From Patescibacteria group bacterium (GTDB lineage Bacteria > Patescibacteriota > Saccharimonadia > CAILAD01 > JADZBC01), in NCBI GenBank assembly GCA_052034495.1, contig JBPOIL010000018.1, positions 1 through 63,450 on the forward strand: a stretch of DNA of 63,450 nucleotides, given 5' to 3'. The notes under the pieces were generated by a model, which searched no databases, was not told the origin of the DNA, and saw only the letters and a program-made list of their open reading frames with translations. Below, piece after piece: positions 1-9,978 of this stretch. Every line of letters begins with the position of its first letter. Within the stretch, counting starts at the first letter, position 1. A program made the position numbers and the translations under genes.

Positions 1-57
1 GCATTATTGAAGGAGAAGAGGGCGGTTTCTCTCCAGACAAACCACCAAAAACAAACA

Positions 58-3000
58 ATGGCAGATAAAGCCAAATCATTACTCCAAAGGCTCCACCTAA
101 AGCCATCTACCACCCTAAAGGTTAGTAGGACGGCTATTTTTATTCTCCTAGGTCTCATCTCTGTTCAAACCGTAGTCGGCGGACTGCTGTGGTACGCCAA
201 GCAGATTAAGGCGGCAAGTGGATTGCAGTACGTAAAGAGCTATGCAGAAGGCAATGGGGCTGCAAAAGTCATAACTCGAGACAGCCAGAACAACTTATAC
301 ACGTATGATCTGGGTAGCTATACAATCAAGAAGTATGACACGAATGGTAATGACGCCGGTCAAATTGGGGCGAACGGTAGTGGAGTGGGTGAATACGGAG
401 ATGTGAGTGGAATGGCGGTGGATAGCGCCGACAACCTGTACGTGCTTGATTCAGGCAACTTGAGGGTACTAAAGTACGGCTCTGATGGACAATATAGTGG
501 AGTATCGTGGGGGAGTTACGGCACGAATGACGGGGAGTTCGCCTCTCTAGGGTCAATTGCTATAAATTCGTCCAATGAAGTGTACGTAGTAGATTCTGGG
601 AATAGTAGGGTGCAACGCTTTGACGGTTCCGGTGGGTTCATTGGCAAATGGGGCGCTGCGGGTTCTGGAGCAGGACAGTTCACGTACCCATACAGCATAA
701 CGACTGATTCTGCCGGGTCGGTGTACGTTATAGAAGGATTTTCGGGCCGTATTCAGAAGTTCGGGGCTGCCGGCGGCACGCCTACAGTGACGTGGACCCT
801 TGGCGGTAACTGGGGCGGATACATGACTACGGGGCCAAGCGACAGAATATACGTAACGAGCTTAAACGGTAAATTCGTACGGGAGTACAACACAAGTGGC
901 ATGCAGCAAAACTCTTGGGGCGGGTCTGGCAGTGGCTCAGGAACATTTGGCGGCTCATATTTGGACGGAACGATCACGGTTGATACGACTGGCAGCGTAT
1001 ATGTGGCGGACTATGGCAACGCCCATATCCAGAAGTTTACCGCTGCCGGAGTGTATACAGGAGTGTACACAGGCCGGGGAATAGCATCCCAGGTAAGAGA
1101 TGTAGCGACTGACGGCGCGGGTGGGAATATATACGAAGTTGGTGGCGGGACTTTAAGGAAGGTGCGAAGGTCAGACGGGCGCTTGCTTATGAGCGTCAGT
1201 ATTGCCGGGAGCGCAGTGGACGTTTCTCCTGATGGCAGCTTCGTGTATGTTTTGAGTCAAGGCTGGTCTGACCCGAACTCTCGTATGACAAAGCTTACGT
1301 CTGCGGGCGTTGTTTCAGCTCAATGGGGCACATTCGGTGAGGCTGAAAACCAGTTCAAGGGAGCTGAAGCGATGGCGGTAGGTAGCGATGGCAGTGTGTA
1401 CGTTGCTGATACAGCTAACCACCGCATCCAGAAGTTTGATGCTAATGGAGTATTCCAGCGCATGTGGGGCTGGGGCGTGGAGGATGGTTCATCGGCGTTC
1501 CAGGTGTGTACCACTGGGTGTCAAACAGGTATTGCAGGCAATGGCGATGGTCAGTTTGATATGACCGATTGGTACGGTACAGGCGACAATCGCGGCATAG
1601 ATGTGGACAGCCAGGGCAACGTATACGTGGCGGATATGCATAATGCCCGCATCCAAAAATTCAGCTCAGCCGGTGCATTTTCGGGCAAGTGGGGCGTGTT
1701 TAGCGACAGTCAGGGCAACTTCAAATACCCATACGCAATTGCGATTGATGGGCAGGATAACATCTACATAGCCTGCTTGCAGGGGGCTGGCGAACGGATA
1801 CAGCGCTTTAATTCGAGTATGCAGTTTGTTTCACAAATTACAACAAGCGGGAACACAGTTCTTGACGACCCAGAAGGAATCGCGACCGATGAGCAAGGGC
1901 ATTTGTATGTAGCCGACACTTCGAATAGCCGCATCCAGCAGTTTAAGTACAACTTCTGGCTATCAATATCAGACACCGGAAGCGGGAGTGGCACGACGGG
2001 CGAGGCATACTCGAGTACGGTGGGTATTGATGACCCTCAGGGAGCAACGACATTTGCGCTTGTAAGCGGAGAGTTGCCACCAGGGCTGTCTCTTAACAGT
2101 GCAACTGGGGAGATATCGGGCACACCAACCTTGGCGGGTCAGTATTCCTCTGTAATTAGCGTTACCGACGGGCAGACTACAGTGAATACTCCGGGCACGA
2201 GTATTACGATTGAGGATCCTCCCCCCGACCCACTTGCATTTGCATCGGCAACGCTCCCTAATGCGCGTTCAGGGGTAGCATATTCCCGTACTATTGGCCT
2301 AAGTAGCGTTGTTGGAACACCACACTACGAGAACATCACGGGGATTATTCGGTATGATCGGGAGGGATACGGACTGGGTATGGCATCCGGCCTAGAAATG
2401 GCGTTCAATACGACTACTGGCTTGCTTTCAGGTACGCCATCGGCAAATGTGGGTACCTACAGGTTCACTCTGGAGGCATATGACGATCGATGGCAGGTTG
2501 TTTCGCAGCAGTTTACGCTGGTCGTAGACTCTGCGCATCAAGTTACAACTCTGCCGGCGACGAACATCGTAGATGGCTTTACGGACATTACTGCGACGCT
2601 GAATGGCGCAACGAATTACCCAGATGAAATTACAGCCCGTGGCTTTCAGTATGGGCTTGATACCAATTACGGCACACAAATAGCCGATACGACTGTTGCC
2701 CCAGGATACACTGAAGTCCAATCTTGGGATACTGTTGCTAACATTGCGACACAGTCAAACGGAGGCTGGGGCATGGCTTTGGATAAAGATGAGAATCGCT
2801 ATCTAGTCGATTCGGCGAATAATCGAATCCTGAAATATTCAAAGAGCGGAGTGCTCCAGGCAACTTGGGGATCAGCCGGGGCTGGAGATGGGCAGTTCGA
2901 TGCGCCGGCAGACATTGCAATTGGCCCGAGCGGTAAGTTCTACGTTATTGAAGGTGGTAACAGTAGGGTGCAGGTATTAAATAGCAATGGTGATTATGAA

Positions 3001-6000
3001 AGGCAATTTGCTATCCCGACGGGGCGTGGCCAGTCTATAGCCGTTGATTCCAACGAGGACATTTATGTAAGCGGAGATGCGAGAACCGGTCCATGGTATT
3101 CGTATGATTGGAACCCATACCTCAGAAAGTATGATTCGTCTGCCAACTTCAACTTGTTGATCGAAATATCGGCTGGTCAGGGGCGTGATGACGGCCAGTT
3201 TTGGTGGGCGGCAGATGATCTTGTGGTGGACGGCAATGATTATCTTTATGCGGTAGATGGGAGCAACAACCGAGTCCAGAAGTTTGATAGCGCTGGTCAG
3301 TTTGATCTGGTGATTGGAGGTACCGGGCCTGGTAATTACGGCGCAGGTTCGACAGATGGCCAGTTTGACTATCCGCGGGCTGTAGCGGTTGATGTGAGTA
3401 ATAACGTGTATGTGGTTGATAATGGGCGAGCTCAGCGGTTTGGCCCTAACGGGGTCTTTAAGGCTAGCTGGAACAGTACCACCTATTATGAACTCTCTAT
3501 TGGGGTAGACCTGGAAGGTAATGTGATTGCTTCATCCTATAACAACCCCCATCAGCTCGTTAAGTATTCATCTGCTATCCAGGCAGACATCTCTGGGCTA
3601 GCCTGTAGTACGACGTACCACTACCGAGCTTTTGCCACGAATGCCGATGGCACAAAGTACGGAAGTGATGCAACGTTTACAACACCAGACTGCCCTGATA
3701 CGCCAATTAACATAACGAACACCAGCCTTCTCGGGGGCACGGAGGGGACGTATTACCAGGACTTGGTCGGCGTAGAAAATGACACTGGGCAGGTTACCTA
3801 CACTGTGGTGTCTGGTAATTTGCCTTCCGGGCTAAGCTTGAACAGTAGTACGGGGTACATTACGGGGACTCCAAACTATGGCGAGACGGCCAACTTTACC
3901 GTGCGAGCGCAGGACAGCAATTCATATGACGACCAGAGCTATAGCATTACTATTGAGGCGCTGCCATTGCCGCCGCTGCAGATTACTACAACGACGTTGC
4001 CCGACGGAGTCCTCCTGTATAACTCTCAGTACGAATACTATGACCAGTATGTCTATACAGCAGATTACTACGATGGAGTTAACTTTACTCTTGAGTCGGG
4101 GACTTTGCCTCCAGGGCTAGAGTTGGCCAACTCAGGTGGATACAACGCTAGGATTTCTGGCTATCCGACCACTCCCGGCACGTATACATTTACTCTCCAG
4201 GCCGATGATGGCCGGTGGCAGGGCAATAATGGGGTCGACACCCAGGAATACACCATTGTGGTCCCTGAACCTACGTACCCCGATATCTACATCGATACTA
4301 CTAGTCTAAATAATGCCCGCGAAGGCATGCCTTATAATGCGACCATTTACTACCAGAACTCTCGTGCTACGCCTGTGTTCTCGCTCGTGTCCGGTTCTCT
4401 CCCGGAAGGGATCGCTCTCACCCTTGAGGGCTTCTTGGAGGGCACATCAACTACCCCTGGCACCTATACCTTTACGGTACAGGCGGATGATGGCTTCAGC
4501 ACTGATACGCAAGAACTTACGCTTACCGTACTCTCTGCTCCTGCCCCTGTTGTGAATACTCCCTTCGTAACCATCACTTCGCCAGGTACCGGAGCTACCT
4601 TTATCGGTGGAGCATCTACCATTACCGGTACTGGCCCTGCTAATCAAGCAATTTCGCTCTTCGTTGATAACCAGCAAATAGGCACTACTACTAACTCCGA
4701 AGGCCTCTGGAGTTACCAAGCCGTCAACATTGCGGCAGGCAACCACACTCTTGACGCAAAGTGGATACCCGGCGCAGAGGTGATGTTTGTGCCGATAATT
4801 GATATGGAAGCTATGCGTACAGTGCTTAAGGTTTACGACACATCGACCGACATACTAATTAAAGAAGTGGTGTTGCCGGGCTACTCCTTTGGCTTGACGG
4901 CGGTAGCTGCTCCCGGCAGCCACAAGGTCCAGGTGTTTGGCTATGGCGTTACGGTGAGCTCTACAGTTTGGGAGCTAGACACATACGATGGAAGTATTCG
5001 AGAATATGTCGCCCCTGGCTACCCGGTATTCTCGGCCGTGCCATCACCTGACGGAAGTAGAGTATATACAGTATCTATGGGGAATCAGCTCCGAGTTTTT
5101 ACGTCTGGGCAGGGGTTCGAGGAGGATTCGCTAGATATCAGCACTGGCCAGGTATACGATTCTCCTGCCGCGCTTAGGATATCGGATGACGGGGAAGAGC
5201 TTTACGCCGTTATATTTGATTCGTATGGCCAAGATGCCCCGCTACCCCACATCATTAGAACGATTTCTACAGACAATTTATCCATAGGATCTACAATTGA
5301 AGTTACATCTGTGGCCGACGTTAACACGCGTGAGTGGGCGAGTGGCTTTGGGGTGGCAGGAAGTGTTGCTTACGTCCCTCATGTGTCTAGGTTTGCGCCC
5401 AACGGCTATAACGGCCTGGCCGCTATTCGGCTCTACAACCTTACTGACGGTTCATTGATCCGCAGTGTCCCGGTATCTACTCTGAGTGATGTCGAAGATG
5501 GTGGCTATATACCGTACGGGTACATGCATATTGATACGGTGAATCAGCTCGCTTATACGAGCGCCGTAAGCAACTTTGGTCCTACCAGGTCTAGGGCTCT
5601 CTTGAGAATTAACCTACAGACTGACGAGGTAACGGTTGTTCAGTTATTGTCGACGACAACGTCTGATTCTCCGTACATGGTCTTAAGTGGTGTTTCGCCA
5701 GCCTTATCTGCTGGTAAGCTTTATCTCGCCCCATACATGACGGATGGCCCTAATGCTGGCCTAGAGGCGTATGACGTTAATACCCAATCAATTTTGGCAG
5801 ACGAAAGGCACCCAATTCTGACAGAATTTTCGCTCTCCCTCGGCTCCAACTTCATCGGCTCCATCACTCCACCAAAGGATAGCATCGCCTTCAGCGTCCC
5901 TGGAGGTGGCAACCCAACCTGCGAACAGCTTGGTAACTGCCCTCAAACCTGTGAAGAGCTCGGCAACTGTCCTCAAACCTGCGAACAGCTCGGCAATTGC

Positions 6001-6435
6001 CCTAAGCCACCAACCTGCGAAGAAACTAGCACATGTCCAACTACGGTTGTACCTCCAACACCTCCTACGACCTCTGTAACGCCCAAGATCATTTCAACCC
6101 AGTTCCCAACCCCTGCAGCTACTCCGAGCACCTCACGCCTCGGCTGGTTAGACCGTACTGCATTGGCTGTAGCTCGCTTTGTGCCACAACAAGCTGCCAT
6201 AGGCTTCCCATACGTCCTCTTTGTCCTCCTCCTATGCTTTGCCCTGTCTCTGTACTACCAAAGTAGTAATGAAATACGTAAAGACAAACTCAACCGTGAC
6301 TTCCTAGCCAAACGAACCTCCATCCGTGCCCAACAAGACAACTTCATAGCCCTAGCCTCACACTACCTCAATACCCCCATTACCATCATCCAGGGTGGAG
6401 TAGAGCTGGAAGAGGGGAAGAGGGGGCGTCGTTGA
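58..6435 (+). CDS. Giant cell-surface protein: multiple NHL-repeat beta-propellers, Ig-like (He_PIG/Fn3-type) modules, Cys-rich stalk, C-terminal TM anchor and a terminal HisKA H-box
   Basis: Longest ORF in the window (track 7..6435 starts at TTG; the first ATG at 58 precedes the hydrophobic anchor AIFILLGLISVQTVVGGLLWY; the frame is also open to the window edge). More than 12 copies of the NHL-type motif Y(V/I)xDxxNxR(I/V)QKF. Repeated SGxLPxGLSLNxxTGxISGTP modules. 3x TCEQLGNCPQ repeat, P/T-rich linker, TM FPYVLFVLLLCFALSLYY. The protein ends FIALASHYLNTPITIIQGG, matching the HisKA consensus (SHELRTPL). Confidence 0.85.
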   Translation: MADKAKSLLQRLHLKPSTTLKVSRTAIFILLGLISVQTVVGGLLWYAKQIKAASGLQYVKSYAEGNGAAKVITRDSQNNLYTYDLGSYTIKKYDTNGNDAGQIGANGSGVGEYGDVSGMAVDSADNLYVLDSGNLRVLKYGSDGQYSGVSWGSYGTNDGEFASLGSIAINSSNEVYVVDSGNSRVQRFDGSGGFIGKWGAAGSGAGQFTYPYSITTDSAGSVYVIEGFSGRIQKFGAAGGTPTVTWTLGGNWGGYMTTGPSDRIYVTSLNGKFVREYNTSGMQQNSWGGSGSGSGTFGGSYLDGTITVDTTGSVYVADYGNAHIQKFTAAGVYTGVYTGRGIASQVRDVATDGAGGNIYEVGGGTLRKVRRSDGRLLMSVSIAGSAVDVSPDGSFVYVLSQGWSDPNSRMTKLTSAGVVSAQWGTFGEAENQFKGAEAMAVGSDGSVYVADTANHRIQKFDANGVFQRMWGWGVEDGSSAFQVCTTGCQTGIAGNGDGQFDMTDWYGTGDNRGIDVDSQGNVYVADMHNARIQKFSSAGAFSGKWGVFSDSQGNFKYPYAIAIDGQDNIYIACLQGAGERIQRFNSSMQFVSQITTSGNTVLDDPEGIATDEQGHLYVADTSNSRIQQFKYNFWLSISDTGSGSGTTGEAYSSTVGIDDPQGATTFALVSGELPPGLSLNSATGEISGTPTLAGQYSSVISVTDGQTTVNTPGTSITIEDPPPDPLAFASATLPNARSGVAYSRTIGLSSVVGTPHYENITGIIRYDREGYGLGMASGLEMAFNTTTGLLSGTPSANVGTYRFTLEAYDDRWQVVSQQFTLVVDSAHQVTTLPATNIVDGFTDITATLNGATNYPDEITARGFQYGLDTNYGTQIADTTVAPGYTEVQSWDTVANIATQSNGGWGMALDKDENRYLVDSANNRILKYSKSGVLQATWGSAGAGDGQFDAPADIAIGPSGKFYVIEGGNSRVQVLNSNGDYERQFAIPTGRGQSIAVDSNEDIYVSGDARTGPWYSYDWNPYLRKYDSSANFNLLIEISAGQGRDDGQFWWAADDLVVDGNDYLYAVDGSNNRVQKFDSAGQFDLVIGGTGPGNYGAGSTDGQFDYPRAVAVDVSNNVYVVDNGRAQRFGPNGVFKASWNSTTYYELSIGVDLEGNVIASSYNNPHQLVKYSSAIQADISGLACSTTYHYRAFATNADGTKYGSDATFTTPDCPDTPINITNTSLLGGTEGTYYQDLVGVENDTGQVTYTVVSGNLPSGLSLNSSTGYITGTPNYGETANFTVRAQDSNSYDDQSYSITIEALPLPPLQITTTTLPDGVLLYNSQYEYYDQYVYTADYYDGVNFTLESGTLPPGLELANSGGYNARISGYPTTPGTYTFTLQADDGRWQGNNGVDTQEYTIVVPEPTYPDIYIDTTSLNNAREGMPYNATIYYQNSRATPVFSLVSGSLPEGIALTLEGFLEGTSTTPGTYTFTVQADDGFSTDTQELTLTVLSAPAPVVNTPFVTITSPGTGATFIGGASTITGTGPANQAISLFVDNQQIGTTTNSEGLWSYQAVNIAAGNHTLDAKWIPGAEVMFVPIIDMEAMRTVLKVYDTSTDILIKEVVLPGYSFGLTAVAAPGSHKVQVFGYGVTVSSTVWELDTYDGSIREYVAPGYPVFSAVPSPDGSRVYTVSMGNQLRVFTSGQGFEEDSLDISTGQVYDSPAALRISDDGEELYAVIFDSYGQDAPLPHIIRTISTDNLSIGSTIEVTSVADVNTREWASGFGVAGSVAYVPHVSRFAPNGYNGLAAIRLYNLTDGSLIRSVPVSTLSDVEDGGYIPYGYMHIDTVNQLAYTSAVSNFGPTRSRALLRINLQTDEVTVVQLLSTTTSDSPYMVLSGVSPALSAGKLYLAPYMTDGPNAGLEAYDVNTQSILADERHPILTEFSLSLGSNFIGSITPPKDSIAFSVPGGGNPTCEQLGNCPQTCEELGNCPQTCEQLGNCPKPPTCEETSTCPTTVVPPTPPTTSVTPKIISTQFPTPAATPSTSRLGWLDRTALAVARFVPQQAAIGFPYVLFVLLLCFALSLYYQSSNEIRKDKLNRDFLAKRTSIRAQQDNFIALASHYLNTPITIIQGGVELEEGKRGRR
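5917..6006 (+). repeat. 3 x 30-nt in-frame tandem repeat encoding TCE(Q/E)LGNCP(Q/K)
   Basis: Direct reading: acctgcgaacagcttggtaactgccctcaa / acctgtgaagagctcggcaactgtcctcaa / acctgcgaacagctcggcaattgccctaag. Confidence 0.9.
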
Positions 6436-7679
6436 TGGTTGTAGCTGCACAACGTATACTAGAGCATAAGGGGAATATGCAAGAATCTACACCTAACGTA
6501 AAACAGGATAAGGCGTCATTGGCGGTTGGGCATCTGGATGAAACCGTTGCCCAGACGGCCGATGCTCTGCACGAGTATATGCGTACACAAGAGGACGCTA
6601 GTCCTGATTTGCGCGAGCACACCCAGGCTATGGCCAAAATAGTAGGTACGCTCTCGGCCAAAATCAATGCCGTAGATGAGAGTGGGGGTAAGGACTTTGT
6701 AATACCAGAAACCAAGAACCCACTGCTTAGCCCAGCCTTTTTGGTTCCAGTATTTTTACTAACCACAAGCGTAACCGTAGGGGTGTGGTTATTTTCGCTA
6801 GCCGGCGTACTGAAGGCCGATGTGCTCTACATTATTACTGCTGTGGTGGCTTTTTTGCTCGTGTTCCAGGTGTTGCTGACCAACGTTCGCAACCTACAGC
6901 TACACAGGCGTATAGCTAAGCAGTCACACTTGGCAATCGATGAGGAGTTGAAGCTCGAGAAGGCACGCGCCGAGCTGTTTAGCAGCGCCACAGAAGAGCT
7001 GCAGGGCCACCTGTTTGCGATCACGGCAGAAATACCGCCCGGGACAAACAAGTCCATTGACGATGCTGCCGGCCGGCTCATGTCCTTACTAGATAGGATG
7101 AGCTTGATATCAAACCTTACGAGTCGTGGTGCGGACTATGTATTGAACACCGAGGAGATCGATGTAGCTGCTCAGTTAGCTCATATCATTGCGGGCGGCA
7201 AAGCCGATGCTGGAGATGCCAAGGTGTCGATCGACCTGCACGCGCCAAAGCAAATGGAGTTTGACCTCGACCCACTACTTTTAGAGCAGGCGATCAAGCC
7301 AGTTCTGGATAATGCCGTAAAGTTCAGTAAAGATGTGAGCGGTGGAGGCCAGGTGCACGTCGCCCTCAAGCCGTATAAGGAGGGGTTTGAGCTCCGTATC
7401 ACTGACAATGGTCCAGGTATAGCCCCCGAGCGTCGTGCGCAGCTATTTAAGCCGTTCTCGCGCGGAGAGGATGCATTGCGTTTTAACTACGAGGGCGCCG
7501 GACTTGGCTTATACTTGGCCAGCCTGGCAACCGGTTTGCTAGGTGGAAGCCTGGAAATTGCTGATAGCAAGCAGGGGGCCGAGTTCGTTTGGAAATTTAG
7601 TGGATTGAAGCCCGCAACAGATACACAAAAGCCAGGAATAGCTAAGCCGAATAATTCTCTTGCCAAGCACGCCGCATAG
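6435..7679 (+). CDS. Membrane histidine-kinase-like protein with an HATPase_c catalytic domain and a degenerate H-box
   Basis: ATG at 6435 overlaps the upstream TGA (TGATG). Two TM helices are present. ATP-lid boxes: LDNAVKFS (N), ITDNGPGI (G1), FKPFSRG (F), GAGLGLYLA (G2). The DHp position reads ELFSSATEELQGHLFAI, not SHELRTP-like. Confidence 0.8.
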   Translation: MVVAAQRILEHKGNMQESTPNVKQDKASLAVGHLDETVAQTADALHEYMRTQEDASPDLREHTQAMAKIVGTLSAKINAVDESGGKDFVIPETKNPLLSPAFLVPVFLLTTSVTVGVWLFSLAGVLKADVLYIITAVVAFLLVFQVLLTNVRNLQLHRRIAKQSHLAIDEELKLEKARAELFSSATEELQGHLFAITAEIPPGTNKSIDDAAGRLMSLLDRMSLISNLTSRGADYVLNTEEIDVAAQLAHIIAGGKADAGDAKVSIDLHAPKQMEFDLDPLLLEQAIKPVLDNAVKFSKDVSGGGQVHVALKPYKEGFELRITDNGPGIAPERRAQLFKPFSRGEDALRFNYEGAGLGLYLASLATGLLGGSLEIADSKQGAEFVWKFSGLKPATDTQKPGIAKPNNSLAKHAA

Positions 7680-7723
7680 ACAGACTCTAGCTGCTATACT
7701 GTAGGCCTAATCAAAGGACTCAT

Positions 7724-8056
7724 ATGAAGAAGAATAATACAGGTAAGTCAGCAGTAATTTTGGCTGGTAGCGTTCTGCCTGCTGCGTACCTGACAGGCAT
7801 GGTTGTGGGACAAGTGTATAAGTACTACAACACAGCAAACGTAGATATCAACTCTGGGCTGGCGTACTTGCGGCAGATTCTAATCAGTAGCTTTGCAGTC
7901 TGGGGTATCGTTGCAGTATCCGCCCTCGTAGCCACTGTTATTGCGCATCGCCAGGGAGATCGTGATAATGCACGCCTCGCTACCATTCTGTTGCTAATCC
8001 AGCTCGGTGTATTCTTAATTCTATTTACGGTTCGCGCAGCCTTCCCGACGCCGTAG
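7724..8056 (+). CDS. Small integral membrane protein (3 predicted TM helices), unknown function
   Basis: ORF with hydrophobic segments, followed by a strong hairpin terminator at 8078-8115. Confidence 0.6.
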   Translation: MKKNNTGKSAVILAGSVLPAAYLTGMVVGQVYKYYNTANVDINSGLAYLRQILISSFAVWGIVAVSALVATVIAHRQGDRDNARLATILLLIQLGVFLILFTVRAAFPTP

Positions 8057-8077
8057 TCCAAGCTTTTCGCAGTTGTT

Positions 8078-8115
8078 AAAAGTAGCCCCACAATGGGGCT
8101 ACTTTTAATTTTTGG
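8078..8115 (+). terminator. Rho-independent terminator hairpin (usable from both strands)
   Basis: AAAAGTAGCCCCA-caa-TGGGGCTACTTTT followed by a T-run. Confidence 0.7.
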
Positions 8116-8300
8116 TAAAAGGCGATGGACGCAAAAGAAGAAGCCCCGCTTCAGTTTAACCTGTTGCGGGGCTTCAAATTTGGTTTGTTTTTGTTTTTGA
8201 GTAATTTATGTGTGCAGCACTGAATTCATAATAATGCTTACGCATACCTACTGTCAACAACTTTTTTTGAAAAAGTTGTGGATAAATACAAGAAAGTATT

Positions 8301-9341
8301 CTAGCTAAAGATTTCCATGTCGGCAGAATATTCGCCGCTACGTGCCGCGCTATTGCATGCAAGCCTGTGGTAAAAGATCTTTTGGGCAGACTGGACGTTC
8401 TCCGCCTTACCGCCCCAGGCCTTCATGACTGGGTCTTGAACGGCGCGCGAGAACGAATAAGTAATGGGCCATGGCGCATCTGCGCTCTGCGCACCAACCG
8501 CGTTGAGGTTCTCAGTAGCTTGTCGGGGAGCTTGCCCGCCAGACAAGAACACAATACCGCCCACTTCGCTGGAGACGCTGTCCGTCAGTACGCTTAGGGT
8601 CGCTTCCGCCACTTCAGCGGGGGTGGATTGCTGGCGACCCTGCGACCCTGCAAGCACCATGCTTGTTTTGAGGATGACGGCTCGCATATCCACACGGTAT
8701 GCTTCGATGACCTCTAGCGTGGTGCTGATGACGCGGGCAGTAGTTTCTTTGGCCTGCTGGAGGCTGTGAGGGCCCTCGTAGAGCATCTCAGGCTCAATGA
8801 TGGGTACAATGCCGTTAGACTGGCATAACGCAGCGTAGCGGCCAAATACGTTAGCATTAGCGTGAATAGCTGCGGGGGAGGGTGTATTGGCTCCTATCGT
8901 GAATGCAGAACGCCACTTCGCAAAACGTGCGCCCATAGCGTAGTACTCCTTTAAGCGTGCATCGAGCCCGTCTAGACCTTCAGTTATGGTCTCGCCGGTA
9001 AAGTTGGTTAAATCAACCAAACCCGCATCTACTTTAATTCCTGGCACAATGCCATGCGAGTTCAAGAACTCCGCAAAATTCTCCCCAGCGCTCGTCTTCT
9101 GGCGAATCGTTTCGTCGTATAGGATAACCCCACTAATAAAATCATCGAGGTGCGGGGTAGAGAGGAGGAGCTCTCGCCAGTCGCGCCGAGTTAGCTCGGT
9201 TTCGGGCAGCCCAAGTGCCTCTAGCCGCTTGTTCGCGCTCTTGGTGCTTTCATCAGCAGCCAACAGGCCTTTATTTCCCTCGAATAGGTGTTCGATTGTG
9301 GCATATAGTCTTGCGTGAGAGGACGAGTGAGGGTTAGTCAT
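8301..9341 (-). CDS. fba: Fructose-bisphosphate aldolase, class I
   Basis: LLAADESTKSANKRL, ISGVILYDETI and GIKVDAGL motifs are typical of class I (Schiff-base) aldolases. Confidence 0.85.
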   Translation of the reverse strand: MTNPHSSSHARLYATIEHLFEGNKGLLAADESTKSANKRLEALGLPETELTRRDWRELLLSTPHLDDFISGVILYDETIRQKTSAGENFAEFLNSHGIVPGIKVDAGLVDLTNFTGETITEGLDGLDARLKEYYAMGARFAKWRSAFTIGANTPSPAAIHANANVFGRYAALCQSNGIVPIIEPEMLYEGPHSLQQAKETTARVISTTLEVIEAYRVDMRAVILKTSMVLAGSQGRQQSTPAEVAEATLSVLTDSVSSEVGGIVFLSGGQAPRQATENLNAVGAQSADAPWPITYSFSRAVQDPVMKAWGGKAENVQSAQKIFYHRLACNSAARSGEYSADMEIFS

Positions 9342-9445
9342 GGTTCTACCTGTAATTCTTATGCCTCTAGCATAGCATAACCACTACTGAGCAGTAAAAC
9401 ATTTACATATACTTAATGCTTTCGCATGAAAGTTAAGTGGATTAA

Positions 9446-9916
9446 CTAGGCTTTTCCAGGTTTGACTTCGCGATTAGCGTCCCTTAACATATCGCGCTTT
9501 TTGATGACCTCTCGCTTGTCGAAGTTCTTCTTGCCTCGCCCTACACCAATCTCGACTTTTACGAGCCCGCGCTCTAGGCCTACACTAAGGGGCACGATAG
9601 ACATGCCTTGAGCCTTGGCATCTCCTAGCAGGGAATCGATCTGCTTTCGGTGGAGTAGGAGCTTGCGGCTACGGATTGGGTCGTAGTCCTTTATATTGCT
9701 CGCGTTCGCATACTGGCTAACGTGGGCGTTTGTTAGGTAGGCCTCACCTGATTTGAAGGTAATGAAGCTGCCCTTAAGGCTCATATGCCCGGCTTTAACG
9801 CTTTTGACTTCGTGCCCAGCCAAAACCAATCCAGCAACAATAGTTTGCTGAATATCATAATCAAATCGTGCTCGCTTGTTTTTGGCAACTATCTTCATGG
9901 TATTCATAACTTGCAT
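9446..9916 (-). CDS. smpB: SsrA-binding protein SmpB
   Basis: IAKNKRARFDY, GxEVKS and a C-terminal basic tail. The true start may be one of the ATGs in the first 7 codons. Confidence 0.9.
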   Translation of the reverse strand: MQVMNTMKIVAKNKRARFDYDIQQTIVAGLVLAGHEVKSVKAGHMSLKGSFITFKSGEAYLTNAHVSQYANASNIKDYDPIRSRKLLLHRKQIDSLLGDAKAQGMSIVPLSVGLERGLVKVEIGVGRGKKNFDKREVIKKRDMLRDANREVKPGKA

Positions 9917-9978
9917 TATAGCACCACCAGGCTAGGGAAGGGTTCGGCAAGGGGGATAAATAGGGTATAATTGCCAGT

